This document shows, one piece after another, positions 28,333 to 38,465 of a stretch of DNA of 64,000 nucleotides (position 1 is its first letter; every line of letters starts with the position of its first letter). Source of the stretch: Andalucia godoyi And28 (lineage: Eukaryota > Protista > Jakobida); NCBI GenBank assembly GCA_009859145.1, contig VRVR01000015.1, positions 49,417-113,416 of the forward strand, given 5' to 3'. The position numbers were made by a program, and so were the translations under genes. The notes under the pieces were generated by a model. The model ran no database searches and had not been told where the DNA came from. It worked only from the letters and a program-made list of their open reading frames with translations.

Positions 28333-31266
28333 CTACATGTTTTCCTCGTCTGATTCGTAGTCGCCGTATCTCCAGATTCCACGGCGGTTCGTTCTTGCAA
28401 ACTCTTGTTCCTGCGTGAACTGGCTGACGATAGCCTGGAATACGGCTTCTCGTCGCGATTGGACCCGCGCAAATCCGCCGTGGATCAGGGTTGCGTTGAT
28501 GTTGACATTCCGCGTGTAGTCGAGCAGCACCACCCAAGATTCACGTCCATTCACCGAGCGGTACTGCACTTGGGCGGTCAAAACACGGGTGTTCTGGCCG
28601 GTCTTTGCATCGAAATCTTGGGCAAGTCGTCCCAGTTCAAAGGCACAGTCATCTCCGTTTTCATCCGAAGGCGCCCGAACAAATGCCAAATGGCACAGCA
28701 TGGCCTGCGCAGGAACGCGCTCCAGAGAAACATCAGAATATGCAGAAGTCATGGGGCGTGTATCACGGAAGGCAACACGCTCCACGTTCCCAAAGTCGAC
28801 GTACAGCACTTCAGCAATCTTTTCAGATTCAAAGACTTGGACAACCCGCGCTCGATACCACTTTCCGTCCGCAGAGAACTTGGCAAGAAGCGGCATGTTG
28901 GAAACTGACTTTTTGTTCTTCTTGAGTGCTTCTTCAATGGCAAATGCCCCCTTTTCAGGTGCAATTTCATCGAGCCCGAGGCTCTCGAGCCCGGCAGCAA
29001 TGGCCGACAGGGCGTTGGACTCGGGGACGGCATAGAACGTCGTTCCATCAACAATATCGGTCATGAGCAATCGCACAGACTCCGGCTTTAGAGGGATGAC
29101 AATCGTCGGATCACGATACTCGCCACTGCGCCCGGCAGCAGACGACTCATCGCCGCCAAACGCATCATCGCCGTCTTCTGCAGTGTCAAATGCATCTTGC
29201 TCACTCTGGCCAAGAGTGAAGAGACCCTTTGCTGCAGCACGTCCGCGTTCGGCAGCCTTCTTCAGGTCTTCTGCATACGGAGAACGATCAAGAGACTGGC
29301 GGTGGAGTCTCGAAAGACCTTCCTCCACAATCCATTCCGCAAAGTTCACTTTTCCTGCGTGTTTCGCCAGAGTTGATGTGCCCGGCACAAACAAAGCCCC
29401 AAGGAACGTTCCCTTCGGATCTACCCCCGTAACTTCTACCTCGACCTCGCGTTGCAAAATATGCTCCCGAGCAAACCACAGCGCCTCCAAACCAAACACC
29501 TCCCCTTTAGGACCCCCTTCGCGGTTCGCGGGAGGCTGTGGCGATCTGATTCCTTCAATGGCGAACGCGACAACGCACGATTCCTTGGGCAAGTACAAGC
29601 GCACACGGGAACCTGTGGAGACGTACACCACGATGGCCGGCTGTCTCTTGGCTCGCTGCAGAAAAGGCAGGAACTGACGTGCCTTTTGTGCATTGTTCAC
29701 CTCATTAATGTGCTGTTTCGGAGCCTGTCCTGTCGAATGGATACCAACTTTTCCCTCTTTGGCCCGAATCTCTGCGGCCGAGAGCTGATCGTAGTCGCGA
29801 GCGCGTTCATCGTCTCCAGCTTTGTGCTTGAGCACCAAAGCAAGTCCGGCCTCGACAAGCGCGACAGCGGCATTGATCTTCCCCTGAATGACCGTGGCCA
29901 TGAGTCTCTCGCGCTGGTTATCCGGGGACTTGCGCTTGTAATCAACACGCACACGCACAGCCTTTCCAACAAGTGCTTTTCTCAACATTTCCTTTGCCTC
30001 GAATGCGTACGGTTCATCTTCGGATCCGGTATCAAGACCCGGTCGCTTTGGTGCTAAACGTGGTGCGCGGATCGAGGCCAGCGATACGCTGAGCTGCGCG
30101 TCCATTGAATGACCGTTCGGAAGCACCACAATCGTATCACCAGAAACGACCTCAATTACATGAGCTGAAAATTCCCGTCCCAGAGTCGTAGCGGCCGCGG
30201 CAGCGCCTCCAGATGATGCAGACGCAGAAGATGCAGAACCCACGGCAGACGCTGCAGAAGGGATGGTGATGGAGCTGATTCCTTCTGGAGCAACATAGTC
30301 TTTCCAGACTCCCAAGCAGCGTTCTTTTGCAACTCGCTCTGCCTTGCGCAACTGCGCAGCAAACTTTGTGAGTGCCATGTTCCATTCCTGGATGCGGGCA
30401 AGACCGTCCGCTAGCAGCGCCTCTGAAAAAGGTTTTCCAGATGGCGATACAATGGACGCAAACAGACAAGTTCCGTTCTTGTCCATCCCTTCGAACTCAA
30501 CCGATACCGACCTCTGCAGCAACCGTGACTCTGTAAACTCCTTCGCCCGTTCACCAAGAGCAGCCTCCTCCGGATTCTCATCCTTGATTGACGGACACGA
30601 AATTCCAGTTTGACGCACCAGAATCATCTGGTAGGAAGGCATCATGAGCAATCGCACAAATGCGCCATCAATAACCTGTTCGACAACGCACGTTTGCTTT
30701 GTGCCCTTCACTGCGGACAACAGTGCCGAGCCATCATACGTGCCCCACGGTGCAACCTGTGCGGGTCTCGTGGTACTCGAGAACATTCCTACTTTTCCAT
30801 TCATTGCCTTTTCTTCGAGTGCAATCAGCATCGCTTGGTACTCATCGACATTTGCATCTTCGCGAGTCGGCTTCTTCACTCTGACCCATCCACTCTGCAC
30901 AAGTCGCACCGATACATCATCGCCACCCTCGTCACCCGGTCCAGAACCAGCTTCCGAAGCTGTCGCTCCCAGAAGCTGAACAGTCCCATAGTCCCGCTTT
31001 GCATTCGGATTCTGGTACAAAACAGTAAACTTCACCTGCTTTCCAACAACAAGCTTTCGCAAAAACTCGCGCGACTCCCAGGCAAACGCCTCGTCTGTCT
31101 TACCAGCCATACCGACTTCGGACGACGCCGGTCCACCGCGCGATCCAAATCGAGGCGCCTGCAAATGCGTCAGCGTAAGAAGCTTCTCAATCTTTTGCGA
31201 AGGATGCTTCAACACAAGAGTATCTCCTGACAAGACAGACTTTACAATCGCAGTTCCAGTCGACAT
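28333..31266 (-). CDS. SND1: Tudor-SN / staphylococcal nuclease domain-containing protein 1
   Basis: Four SN repeats (VKSVLSGDTL, EAFAWESREFLRK, EVVSGDTI, EPYAFEAKEMLRK) plus Tudor (DGKWYRARV..VLYVDFGN) and C-terminal IWRYGD; start at ATG 31266. Confidence 0.96.
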   Translation of the reverse strand: MSTGTAIVKSVLSGDTLVLKHPSQKIEKLLTLTHLQAPRFGSRGGPASSEVGMAGKTDEAFAWESREFLRKLVVGKQVKFTVLYQNPNAKRDYGTVQLLGATASEAGSGPGDEGGDDVSVRLVQSGWVRVKKPTREDANVDEYQAMLIALEEKAMNGKVGMFSSTTRPAQVAPWGTYDGSALLSAVKGTKQTCVVEQVIDGAFVRLLMMPSYQMILVRQTGISCPSIKDENPEEAALGERAKEFTESRLLQRSVSVEFEGMDKNGTCLFASIVSPSGKPFSEALLADGLARIQEWNMALTKFAAQLRKAERVAKERCLGVWKDYVAPEGISSITIPSAASAVGSASSASASSGGAAAAATTLGREFSAHVIEVVSGDTIVVLPNGHSMDAQLSVSLASIRAPRLAPKRPGLDTGSEDEPYAFEAKEMLRKALVGKAVRVRVDYKRKSPDNQRERLMATVIQGKINAAVALVEAGLALVLKHKAGDDERARDYDQLSAAEIRAKEGKVGIHSTGQAPKQHINEVNNAQKARQFLPFLQRAKRQPAIVVYVSTGSRVRLYLPKESCVVAFAIEGIRSPQPPANREGGPKGEVFGLEALWFAREHILQREVEVEVTGVDPKGTFLGALFVPGTSTLAKHAGKVNFAEWIVEEGLSRLHRQSLDRSPYAEDLKKAAERGRAAAKGLFTLGQSEQDAFDTAEDGDDAFGGDESSAAGRSGEYRDPTIVIPLKPESVRLLMTDIVDGTTFYAVPESNALSAIAAGLESLGLDEIAPEKGAFAIEEALKKNKKSVSNMPLLAKFSADGKWYRARVVQVFESEKIAEVLYVDFGNVERVAFRDTRPMTSAYSDVSLERVPAQAMLCHLAFVRAPSDENGDDCAFELGRLAQDFDAKTGQNTRVLTAQVQYRSVNGRESWVVLLDYTRNVNINATLIHGGFARVQSRREAVFQAIVSQFTQEQEFARTNRRGIWRYGDYESDEENM

Positions 31267-31768
31267 TTCCCCTTTCTTCTTTCTTCTTTCTTCTTTCTTC
31301 CTTTCCAAACTGTGTTTTCCTAAATACTTCTCGGGTGGAAAGAAATGTTCTAGATTCAAATGTTGGAAGAAAAAAATAAACAACAAGAAAACAAAAAAAC
31401 AAAAAACAAAAAGGAAATTAAAATAAATAGGAACGGAAGGAAAAGAAGGAAAAGAAGGGAAAGAAAGGGAAAGAAAGGGAAAGCCGAGACACGAGAAATT
31501 TGAAGTAGTTCAAAGTCGTGAGAAAGAGAGAAACCAAGAGCAAAGCACAAGAAAACCACAAAACCACAAGAATTACAAATAAGACACGTGTTCGAGTTTC
31601 GGATGTGTTTTGCTTTGATACAGTCCAGTCCACCGAAGAAAAGAGAGAGAGAAAAGTGCTTGCATCAATTGATCCAGCGAAAACGGTTGAATGAAATTCC
31701 CCAGCTTTTCTGAACGTTTCTCTTTTTGGAAAAAATCTCTCTTTGCTTTTCTTTTTAATTAATTAATA

Positions 31769-31794
31769 GTGTGTGTGTGTGTGTGTGTGTGTGT
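31769..31794. repeat. (GT)13 microsatellite just upstream of RSP4/6
   Basis: Direct read. Confidence 0.95.
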
Positions 31795-31814
31795 TTCTGA
31801 TCTGTTGTTGAACG

Positions 31815-33623
31815 ATGGCAAAGTCAGTGTCGAGTTACTTGGCCGAGTCTGGTCTTGAAGATCATCTTTTGGAAGTTCTGGTCCGAGTGTTGGAGTCAAA
31901 GCCAAGCGATCCACTTGCTGCGTTTGATGCTGTTTCCCGCATCATTGCATCTGAGCAGAAGGCCGGTAACAGCAGTGATGGTGGTGGTGGGTCATCGGAC
32001 AGCAGGGCAATCCCCGCGACAAACGTGAACCCGTATTCGCTGCCGTCGAAAGCATATCGCCAGACGAAGTTCAATCGCAATGTGGATCCTGAGCTTGATG
32101 TTGCACACGCAGGCGCAGTCTCCGAGCTTGTGTTCCCGAAGCCAAACCAGGCTGCCGCAGAAGAAGGTGCCGCTGCAGAGTATGTGCCGTTGAATGCAGA
32201 GTTTGAAGCGCAGAATACAACAGATGATCTTAAAGCACTTGGGCAATTCGGTGTTGTTTTTTCACCGGAACAGGCATATGAACTCGGATTTGCAATCAAG
32301 CGACTCTGCGAAAGCCAGCCTCTGAAGAGCGCGAGGTTCTGGGGAGTGGTCAAGGGCACGCAAAAAGACTACATTGTCGTGGAGACGGTGTTTCAGGACG
32401 GCCAGCGAGGAGGAAAGTCAAAGGACGGAGAAGATGCAGAGGAGCAAGACGCTGCGGCACCCGAAGGCGAGTTATCGGAAGAAGATCTACAGGAAGCACG
32501 GCTCAAAAAGGAGCAGGAAGTCAAGAGAACTCCGATGGAACTGCGGATTCCGGCCGAAGTGGAATCCGGCGCAAACCAGTTTGTCTACTTTGTCACGAAT
32601 GCCATCGGGGAGCCGTGGAGCAGACTCCCCGATCTTGTGCCTTCCCAGATTCTTGCGGCCCGAAACGTGAAGAGGTTCCTTACCGGAAACCTTGCCGAGG
32701 TCGTGATGTGGAACCCCGTGTTCCCCGGGACCGAGGCGAACCTTTTGCGCGCACAGATCGCTCGGATTTCCGCGGGAACACTCGTTGCACCCGCAGGACT
32801 GTTTGCGCTTTCTGGAGACGACGAGGAGGCGGAAGAGGGGTTTGACCCCGCGAAAAGGGGCAAGGGACCGTTGAAGTCGCTTCGTGAAAAGGAGGCCAAC
32901 GCAGAGTTTGCCGTTGTCGGCCACGAGATACTCGGACGGTTGGACGGATGGGTGCACTCTGAGCCGTGCTTGTCAACCCAGCAGGGACGGTCGACTCTTT
33001 GGCTGGCCCCTGAGCTTGCCAAGATGGATCAGGAGTATGAGGAGCAGAAGGATAATGAAGATGGACCGAAGCCGGTCCGCAGAGAGCCGGGTCCTGCGGA
33101 AACGGAGGATGTGCCACGACAGCTGTCCGTACTTGCAAAGGATGGGCCGTTGTTCGAGGCCACTGGGTTTTACAATGTCCCTGCACATGCATGGTCTGTC
33201 CGAGCTTCGAGGTCGGGTGCTTTTGCAGTTCGGTCGAACCGATGGCCGGGTGCAGTGGCGGTGTGCTACCCAATTGGAAAGGGTCCGGAACCTGAGCAGG
33301 ATGAAGATGCAAAGGTCAAGAAGGAACGCCCGACTCGGTATCGATTAGTCAATGTGTACGTTGGACACGGTCTCAAGACCGAGGCTCTGGAGAGACAGGA
33401 AAAGCCAGTGTTTGGCGCGCCGCAGCCACTGGGTCCAATCCAGGACGAGTACCATGTGTCGAGTGATTCGAAGGAGAAGCCGCTGCCCACGAGAGAACAG
33501 CTCAGCCAGTTCTTACCGCCGCCGCCACCAAAGCCTGTCGAGGAGGTGCCGGAGGAGTCGCAAGAAGACGGACAAGGTGCAGGTGACGCTGAAGGTGACG
33601 CGGAGCCCGACGCCGATGAATAG
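31815..33623 (+). CDS. RSPH4A: Axonemal radial spoke head protein RSP4/6 family
   Basis: ARFWGVVKGTQKDYIVVE, GANQFVYFVT..EPWSRLP, FLTGNL, FPGTEANLLRAQIARISAGT, RSNRWPGA, NVYVGHGLK; docking-like N-terminal helix pair. Confidence 0.92.
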   Translation: MAKSVSSYLAESGLEDHLLEVLVRVLESKPSDPLAAFDAVSRIIASEQKAGNSSDGGGGSSDSRAIPATNVNPYSLPSKAYRQTKFNRNVDPELDVAHAGAVSELVFPKPNQAAAEEGAAAEYVPLNAEFEAQNTTDDLKALGQFGVVFSPEQAYELGFAIKRLCESQPLKSARFWGVVKGTQKDYIVVETVFQDGQRGGKSKDGEDAEEQDAAAPEGELSEEDLQEARLKKEQEVKRTPMELRIPAEVESGANQFVYFVTNAIGEPWSRLPDLVPSQILAARNVKRFLTGNLAEVVMWNPVFPGTEANLLRAQIARISAGTLVAPAGLFALSGDDEEAEEGFDPAKRGKGPLKSLREKEANAEFAVVGHEILGRLDGWVHSEPCLSTQQGRSTLWLAPELAKMDQEYEEQKDNEDGPKPVRREPGPAETEDVPRQLSVLAKDGPLFEATGFYNVPAHAWSVRASRSGAFAVRSNRWPGAVAVCYPIGKGPEPEQDEDAKVKKERPTRYRLVNVYVGHGLKTEALERQEKPVFGAPQPLGPIQDEYHVSSDSKEKPLPTREQLSQFLPPPPPKPVEEVPEESQEDGQGAGDAEGDAEPDADE

Positions 33624-34298
33624 TAGGAGCAACCGACCAAAAGGCGAGAATGGAATAAAACAGTTCCGTTTCCTACCGGTGAATAATAATATGTCGTTGT
33701 CATGCATTCGGGAGTATGCATAAACAGACACGGTCAATACTGGCCGACACTAGCACGTTTGTTTCACAGGAACTTGTGCTTATGCACGCTCGGTTAAAAT
33801 TCAGCCGGTGACACAGGCTCTGCATTTTCGACACTCTTTAACGCAGCATCCGTAGCCATCTATTCTATCATTCGTTGGTTTCACTCATTTAATTCAAATA
33901 TGGGCGTGAGTGCGCTGGGATGACGCATTCGCCTACGCCTACGCCTACGCCGCTCGATACAGGGCCTCCTAGGTCCCGCAGACCTACTAAGAGACAACGT
34001 ATCTCCAGGTGCATCAATCGCTGCAACTGAGGACACGAAAGCGCCTGCTGATAGGGCCGTCAGAATCAAAATGCACCCTTCTCAGGAACAACGTGTCACG
34101 CTGAGAAAGTGGCTCACCGATGGATCGAGATTGGAACGGAGCGCGGAACATCTATCTGAAGAGCGCCGTGAGGCGTGTTGGGGGCCTATCCCCTTTCCGA
34201 CAACGGGATGCAAGACTGAATATGCATGTCTGTTCGTAGATATGCAGCATGTTCAGTGTATAATGTAGGCGCACAATTATGGTGCAGTATTGCTTTTT

Positions 34299-34300
<2 letters not shown>

Positions 34301-34344
<44 letters not shown>
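34301..34344. repeat. (GT)22 microsatellite
   Basis: Direct read. Confidence 0.95.
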
Positions 34345-34346
<2 letters not shown>

Positions 34347-34452
34347 CATTTCATTGTTTTCCTTCTGCTCTGATTTGGCACTCCACCAACCAACAGCGTT
34401 TGATGGGGGGAAATTCTTAAACATCGTTGTTCATTAATGTACCATCCCCCAT

Positions 34453-35502
34453 CTACGCACGACACAGAGAGGATCTTTCTTTCTCCACAGTCTCGAATGC
34501 GGCACCAGTCACAGGGACATGATAGAAGCTGCCGCTCTGTTTCACAATGTTCCACAGTTCAATGCCGGCTTGTCGAGAAGCCTCGTCTGCAACAAGCAGC
34601 TTTGACGGGATGCCGAGAAAATCGGCCAGGTATTTGAATAGCAGAGCCCTCAGTCGAACTCCACCTTGTTGCACGCGACCGAGGAACAGTGGCTGGTCGC
34701 CGCCAGCACGTGCTGGCGCGGACACCGTTGAGGTGGGCGAACACCCAGATAGCCGAGTGCCAGTCGCCATTCTCCCCCCAAAAGCATTCGACACAAACAA
34801 TGCCAGCATCATGGACTGCCCAAGCACATCAACGCTGAGTCCGCGAATTCCTTGCTTCTTTAGGGAGTCAAACATCCGAAGCGCGTCTGTTCGCAAGGCA
34901 GCGAGATCCTGATCGACCCGAGAATCAATTACGACGAGCTCGCAGCCGTCTGCTCTCGACGCCGAACACCAGCCTCGCGAATCAGTGGTGACAGCAGACA
35001 TTTCGCTCACGAGACTTGCAATGCGGAACGGTGTCTCCTTCCCAATCGAGAACGAAGATGAAGATGCCAACAACGACGAGGAGGAGCGTGAACGGTACCG
35101 AAGCAGCGACTGACCATCCGCTGGATTCATGCAGCATGCAAATCCGTCTTCGATCTTCCATTTCGCGCCAAGGCTCCCGAGAAGTGCAAACCGAAGCGTC
35201 GATTGAAAAGGCACGAACTCGTACCGTTTGCTTTCTGTCATTTGCACGCTGATCTTCCCCTTATTATCCACCTGCACCGAAAGAACTCGAGTCCCAGAGG
35301 AGTACTTCCGAATCGACGACTCGTCGGCGACCGCATAGAAGCATTCCTTGTCAACTTCTATCGGCTCAGCAAGAAAACACAGCCAATCTTCATCTTCTTT
35401 GTGCCGCTTCACCAGCTGCGTTTCGCTCTGCAAAACATAAACTAACTTTACATAGTCTGCAGCAATCGCCGGGTTCAGCAGCAGCACACTCGAATCCGAC
35501 AT
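34453..35502 (-). CDS. Protein with a C-terminal EDR1/CTR1/ARMC3-like peptidase-fold domain (degenerate)
   Basis: LALFVSNAFGG ... LFLGRVQQGGVRLRALLFKYLADFLGIPSKL ... WNIV resembles the EDR1-domain consensus LA.LV...MGG ... G.L..GLCRHRALLFK.LAD..GIPCRL. Confidence 0.7.
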   Translation of the reverse strand: MSDSSVLLLNPAIAADYVKLVYVLQSETQLVKRHKEDEDWLCFLAEPIEVDKECFYAVADESSIRKYSSGTRVLSVQVDNKGKISVQMTESKRYEFVPFQSTLRFALLGSLGAKWKIEDGFACCMNPADGQSLLRYRSRSSSSLLASSSSFSIGKETPFRIASLVSEMSAVTTDSRGWCSASRADGCELVVIDSRVDQDLAALRTDALRMFDSLKKQGIRGLSVDVLGQSMMLALFVSNAFGGRMATGTRLSGCSPTSTVSAPARAGGDQPLFLGRVQQGGVRLRALLFKYLADFLGIPSKLLVADEASRQAGIELWNIVKQSGSFYHVPVTGAAFETVEKERSSLCRA

Positions 35503-36088
35503 CCTCTTTCTCTCGTTTCCTGATCTGTCAGCAGAATATCCCCCCGCACAGAAGAAGAGAGAAGCGCGAGGACCATAAACGGCGCGAGAGACAGGAACTG
35601 CGAAATGGGGTGTGTGTTTCGCTGGATCAACAGAAACGGCGTTTTCCGTTCGCGATCAATTTGACATGAATTGATGTGGAATGAACGAGCAGCAATCCTT
35701 GCGGTTTGTAGTGCGCGCGTTGTGCAGCCGTGTACATGCGGTGCCGCACACGGACGCCCCCCACAAGGCACATTGATTGAATGACAGTGTGTGTGTGTGT
35801 GTGTGCAGAAGCGGGTCTATCTTTTTCTTGACCCCGACGCGCAAATTCGGAGATTCTGCAACTCACAAAGCAAAGGTGCGGCGGCATCAGTTGTGCGTGT
35901 GGTGCGGGTTTTCTTCTTCCACTTCCGAATTGAACAAGAGTGGGAGTTTGAAGAAACCATTTAAAAACAAGGGGAAAAGAAAAGGCAGGGGGAAAATAGC
36001 ACCGTGTTTTCATTTGCTGCTGTGCTTGTTCGTTCCTGTTCTCTTGTCGACTGTTGCCTTTCGGTATTGCACCAAACAGGAAGCATCC

Positions 36089-37129
36089 ATGGCAGGCTCT
36101 TCTGCGATTGTGAATCGCGCGCGAAACGCTCTCGAGTATTCGCTTCTCGCAGACTCATTGGCGCTAGGTGCACACTGGGTCTACAACACCGCAGAGCTGT
36201 CGCAGAAGCTTGGACGCGTTGACAAACTTCTTGCCCCGACACTTAACAACTACCACGCTGGAAAGACTGCCGGTGCTCAGACCCACTATGGAGATCAGAC
36301 ACTGATTCTCCTGGAATTCCTCGCTTCCTCTCCATCGGCATTGACAGATCTGCAGGAATCCAACACGGAGCCGTGGCGCTCTGCTTGGAAAAGCGGTGTG
36401 ACTGCGGACTCCTGGAAAGGATTTATGGACCATGCGACAAAGGATACGTTGACCTCGACTACCGGAAGTGCATCTGCAAGCACAGACATCGCAGGTGCCG
36501 CTCGCATCGCGCCCATCCTGTTCGCTGCTGCAAAAAGAGGGCTACTGGGTGAAAAGGGAGCAGCGAACAGCACTGAAGACGAGGAACAGGTGGTTCGCGC
36601 TGCCGTTGCTCAGACAGCGACTACGCACAATTCGGATATGGTGAAATTTGCGGCGGAGTTCTTTGCGCGCGTTGCATCCCGACTGCTTACAGGTCGGTTT
36701 GACGACGTGGATGCGGCACTTGACAGTGTTGTTGCGGATCTGGAACGCCCCGGCGATCGAAACAAGACTGGGAAGGGGATGGACGCGGTGAAGAAGGCGT
36801 TGAAGACGGGCCGAACAGGGTTGGCCGACGACGAAGCATTGCGGTCATTTGGAGAGGAAAAGACGTATCCAGGACTTACGATTAACACTGCCCAGTCCTG
36901 CAGTGTGGATGGAGCGTTACCAGTGACTGTCCATTTGATCGCAAAGTATAAAAACGATGCGAAGGAAGCCCTTGTGCGCAATGTTGGTCTTGGAGGCGAC
37001 CAGGCGGCAAGAGGACTGTTGATTGGACTCGTCCTGGGAGCACAGGCAAACCAGCCCGTTCCAGTCGAGTGGGCCAGCGAATGGGCGGCTCGGAAACGTG
37101 TTGATGAAGCCGTTGCAAAGTTGAAGTAA
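36089..37129 (+). CDS. ADP-ribosylglycohydrolase / crystallin J1-family protein, bacterial-type subfamily
   Basis: LADSLALGAHWVYN, THYGDQTLILLE, DIAGAARIAP, QTATTHN, ALVRNVGLGGDQAARGLLIGLVLGA; start at ATG 36089. Confidence 0.85.
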   Translation: MAGSSAIVNRARNALEYSLLADSLALGAHWVYNTAELSQKLGRVDKLLAPTLNNYHAGKTAGAQTHYGDQTLILLEFLASSPSALTDLQESNTEPWRSAWKSGVTADSWKGFMDHATKDTLTSTTGSASASTDIAGAARIAPILFAAAKRGLLGEKGAANSTEDEEQVVRAAVAQTATTHNSDMVKFAAEFFARVASRLLTGRFDDVDAALDSVVADLERPGDRNKTGKGMDAVKKALKTGRTGLADDEALRSFGEEKTYPGLTINTAQSCSVDGALPVTVHLIAKYKNDAKEALVRNVGLGGDQAARGLLIGLVLGAQANQPVPVEWASEWAARKRVDEAVAKLK

Positions 37130-38465
37130 AACACGAGCTTTCCTTGATGCTCTTGTGGTATTTCTTCTTGATGTGACCCGCATACGACTTTGCAGAAGTT
37201 CATTCGCTGTTTTTGATGAAACGCTCATCCACACGTGTCCGGGAGCCCTTTTTAATTGCATATGCAAATTTTGATCCGATATCTCATACTAGCGTGGCGG
37301 CGGAGAAAACAAAAGGCCGTGGACTGTGTTTTTTTGCCATGCCATCCCAGTATCCCCGTTTTCTCTGTCTCTCAAGCAGCTTCATGCGAATTTGCCTCAC
37401 CGAAAAGAGCTCGCGGCGACGGTTCCACTGCATTCAGCCCAATCGCAGACTGAAGGTAGTTGGATCGCTAATCGTGCCAAACTCGTGGATGAGCAGAAGA
37501 AACGACGAACGAAAAACAACCAGCAACAGTTTGCCCAGCTGCAGGAGGCGACGCGAAAGTCTGTGCAAGGCCAAACCGATCTTTCGTACCAGCGCGGGGC
37601 AGGAAGTTGGGTTTTCTTCGCTGTCCTACCGGGACTCGCTTCATGCTGAGTCTCCCGAAGAATGGTATGATTCACGTTAATTGAGCATCCGCCTAGCGGC
37701 CTAGCGGATCTGATGTCCATCAGCGGATGTTGCGAGAATCGCAAAAACGGTTCGAGAGGAGGCCCGCCGAGCTTCCTGCTGTTTGTTCGGGCAGCGCGAA
37801 TCCACCACGACAGAACAGTCGCTCCGACGATCGGTTTCTGCGAATTCGGATCACCTCAAAACAACACCATCACAGTCTGCTTGCACGCAATCAAGGATCT
37901 CCTCGCATGCACCTGTACAACATCACCGGCAAAAGGCGATCTGCGGATCAGCGAGCGGAAAACATAGGAGCAGACAGTGAATTCATGTCAGTCTTCTGTC
38001 AGCAAACTCGGGCAGATCATCGCATGCATGGATCGCTAGAAGCTGGCAAGCCGGTGGAGAACGGTATTGCCGGGGATCAACTTTTTTCCTGTTCAGGAAG
38101 AACTCATACGGCTCTCCGCTATATGGCAGTCACGAAGAGATGATGTGCATCTATCAGCCTCCTCACACCCTGAGGCTCCGCACTCGCCGTTTTTCCGGTG
38201 CAAAAATAGGACATCCTATGGGGCTCCAACGAGCCAGAACGGATGTTGTGCAATGTGCTCAAAGAACCTACTAGTACATTCTGTGTTGCCGTTTACCCGT
38301 TCGCTGTTTCTCTTTTTCTTCATCATCTCCTTCATCTTTTCCCCCTCCTTTCCCTCTCTTTTGTCTTTTCATATATCTTCTTATTTGCGAGACCTTGCTC
38401 CTGCTTTTGGAAAACAAGAAAGGTATTTGGGACAGCTAGATACTCCATTCCTTCACATTCAGAAC

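Noticed and set aside
33700-34300. Short ORFs and a (GCCTAC)n run between RSP4/6 and the EDR1-like gene
   Set aside because: Frames are under 70 aa with no motif or splice pattern that yields a credible protein
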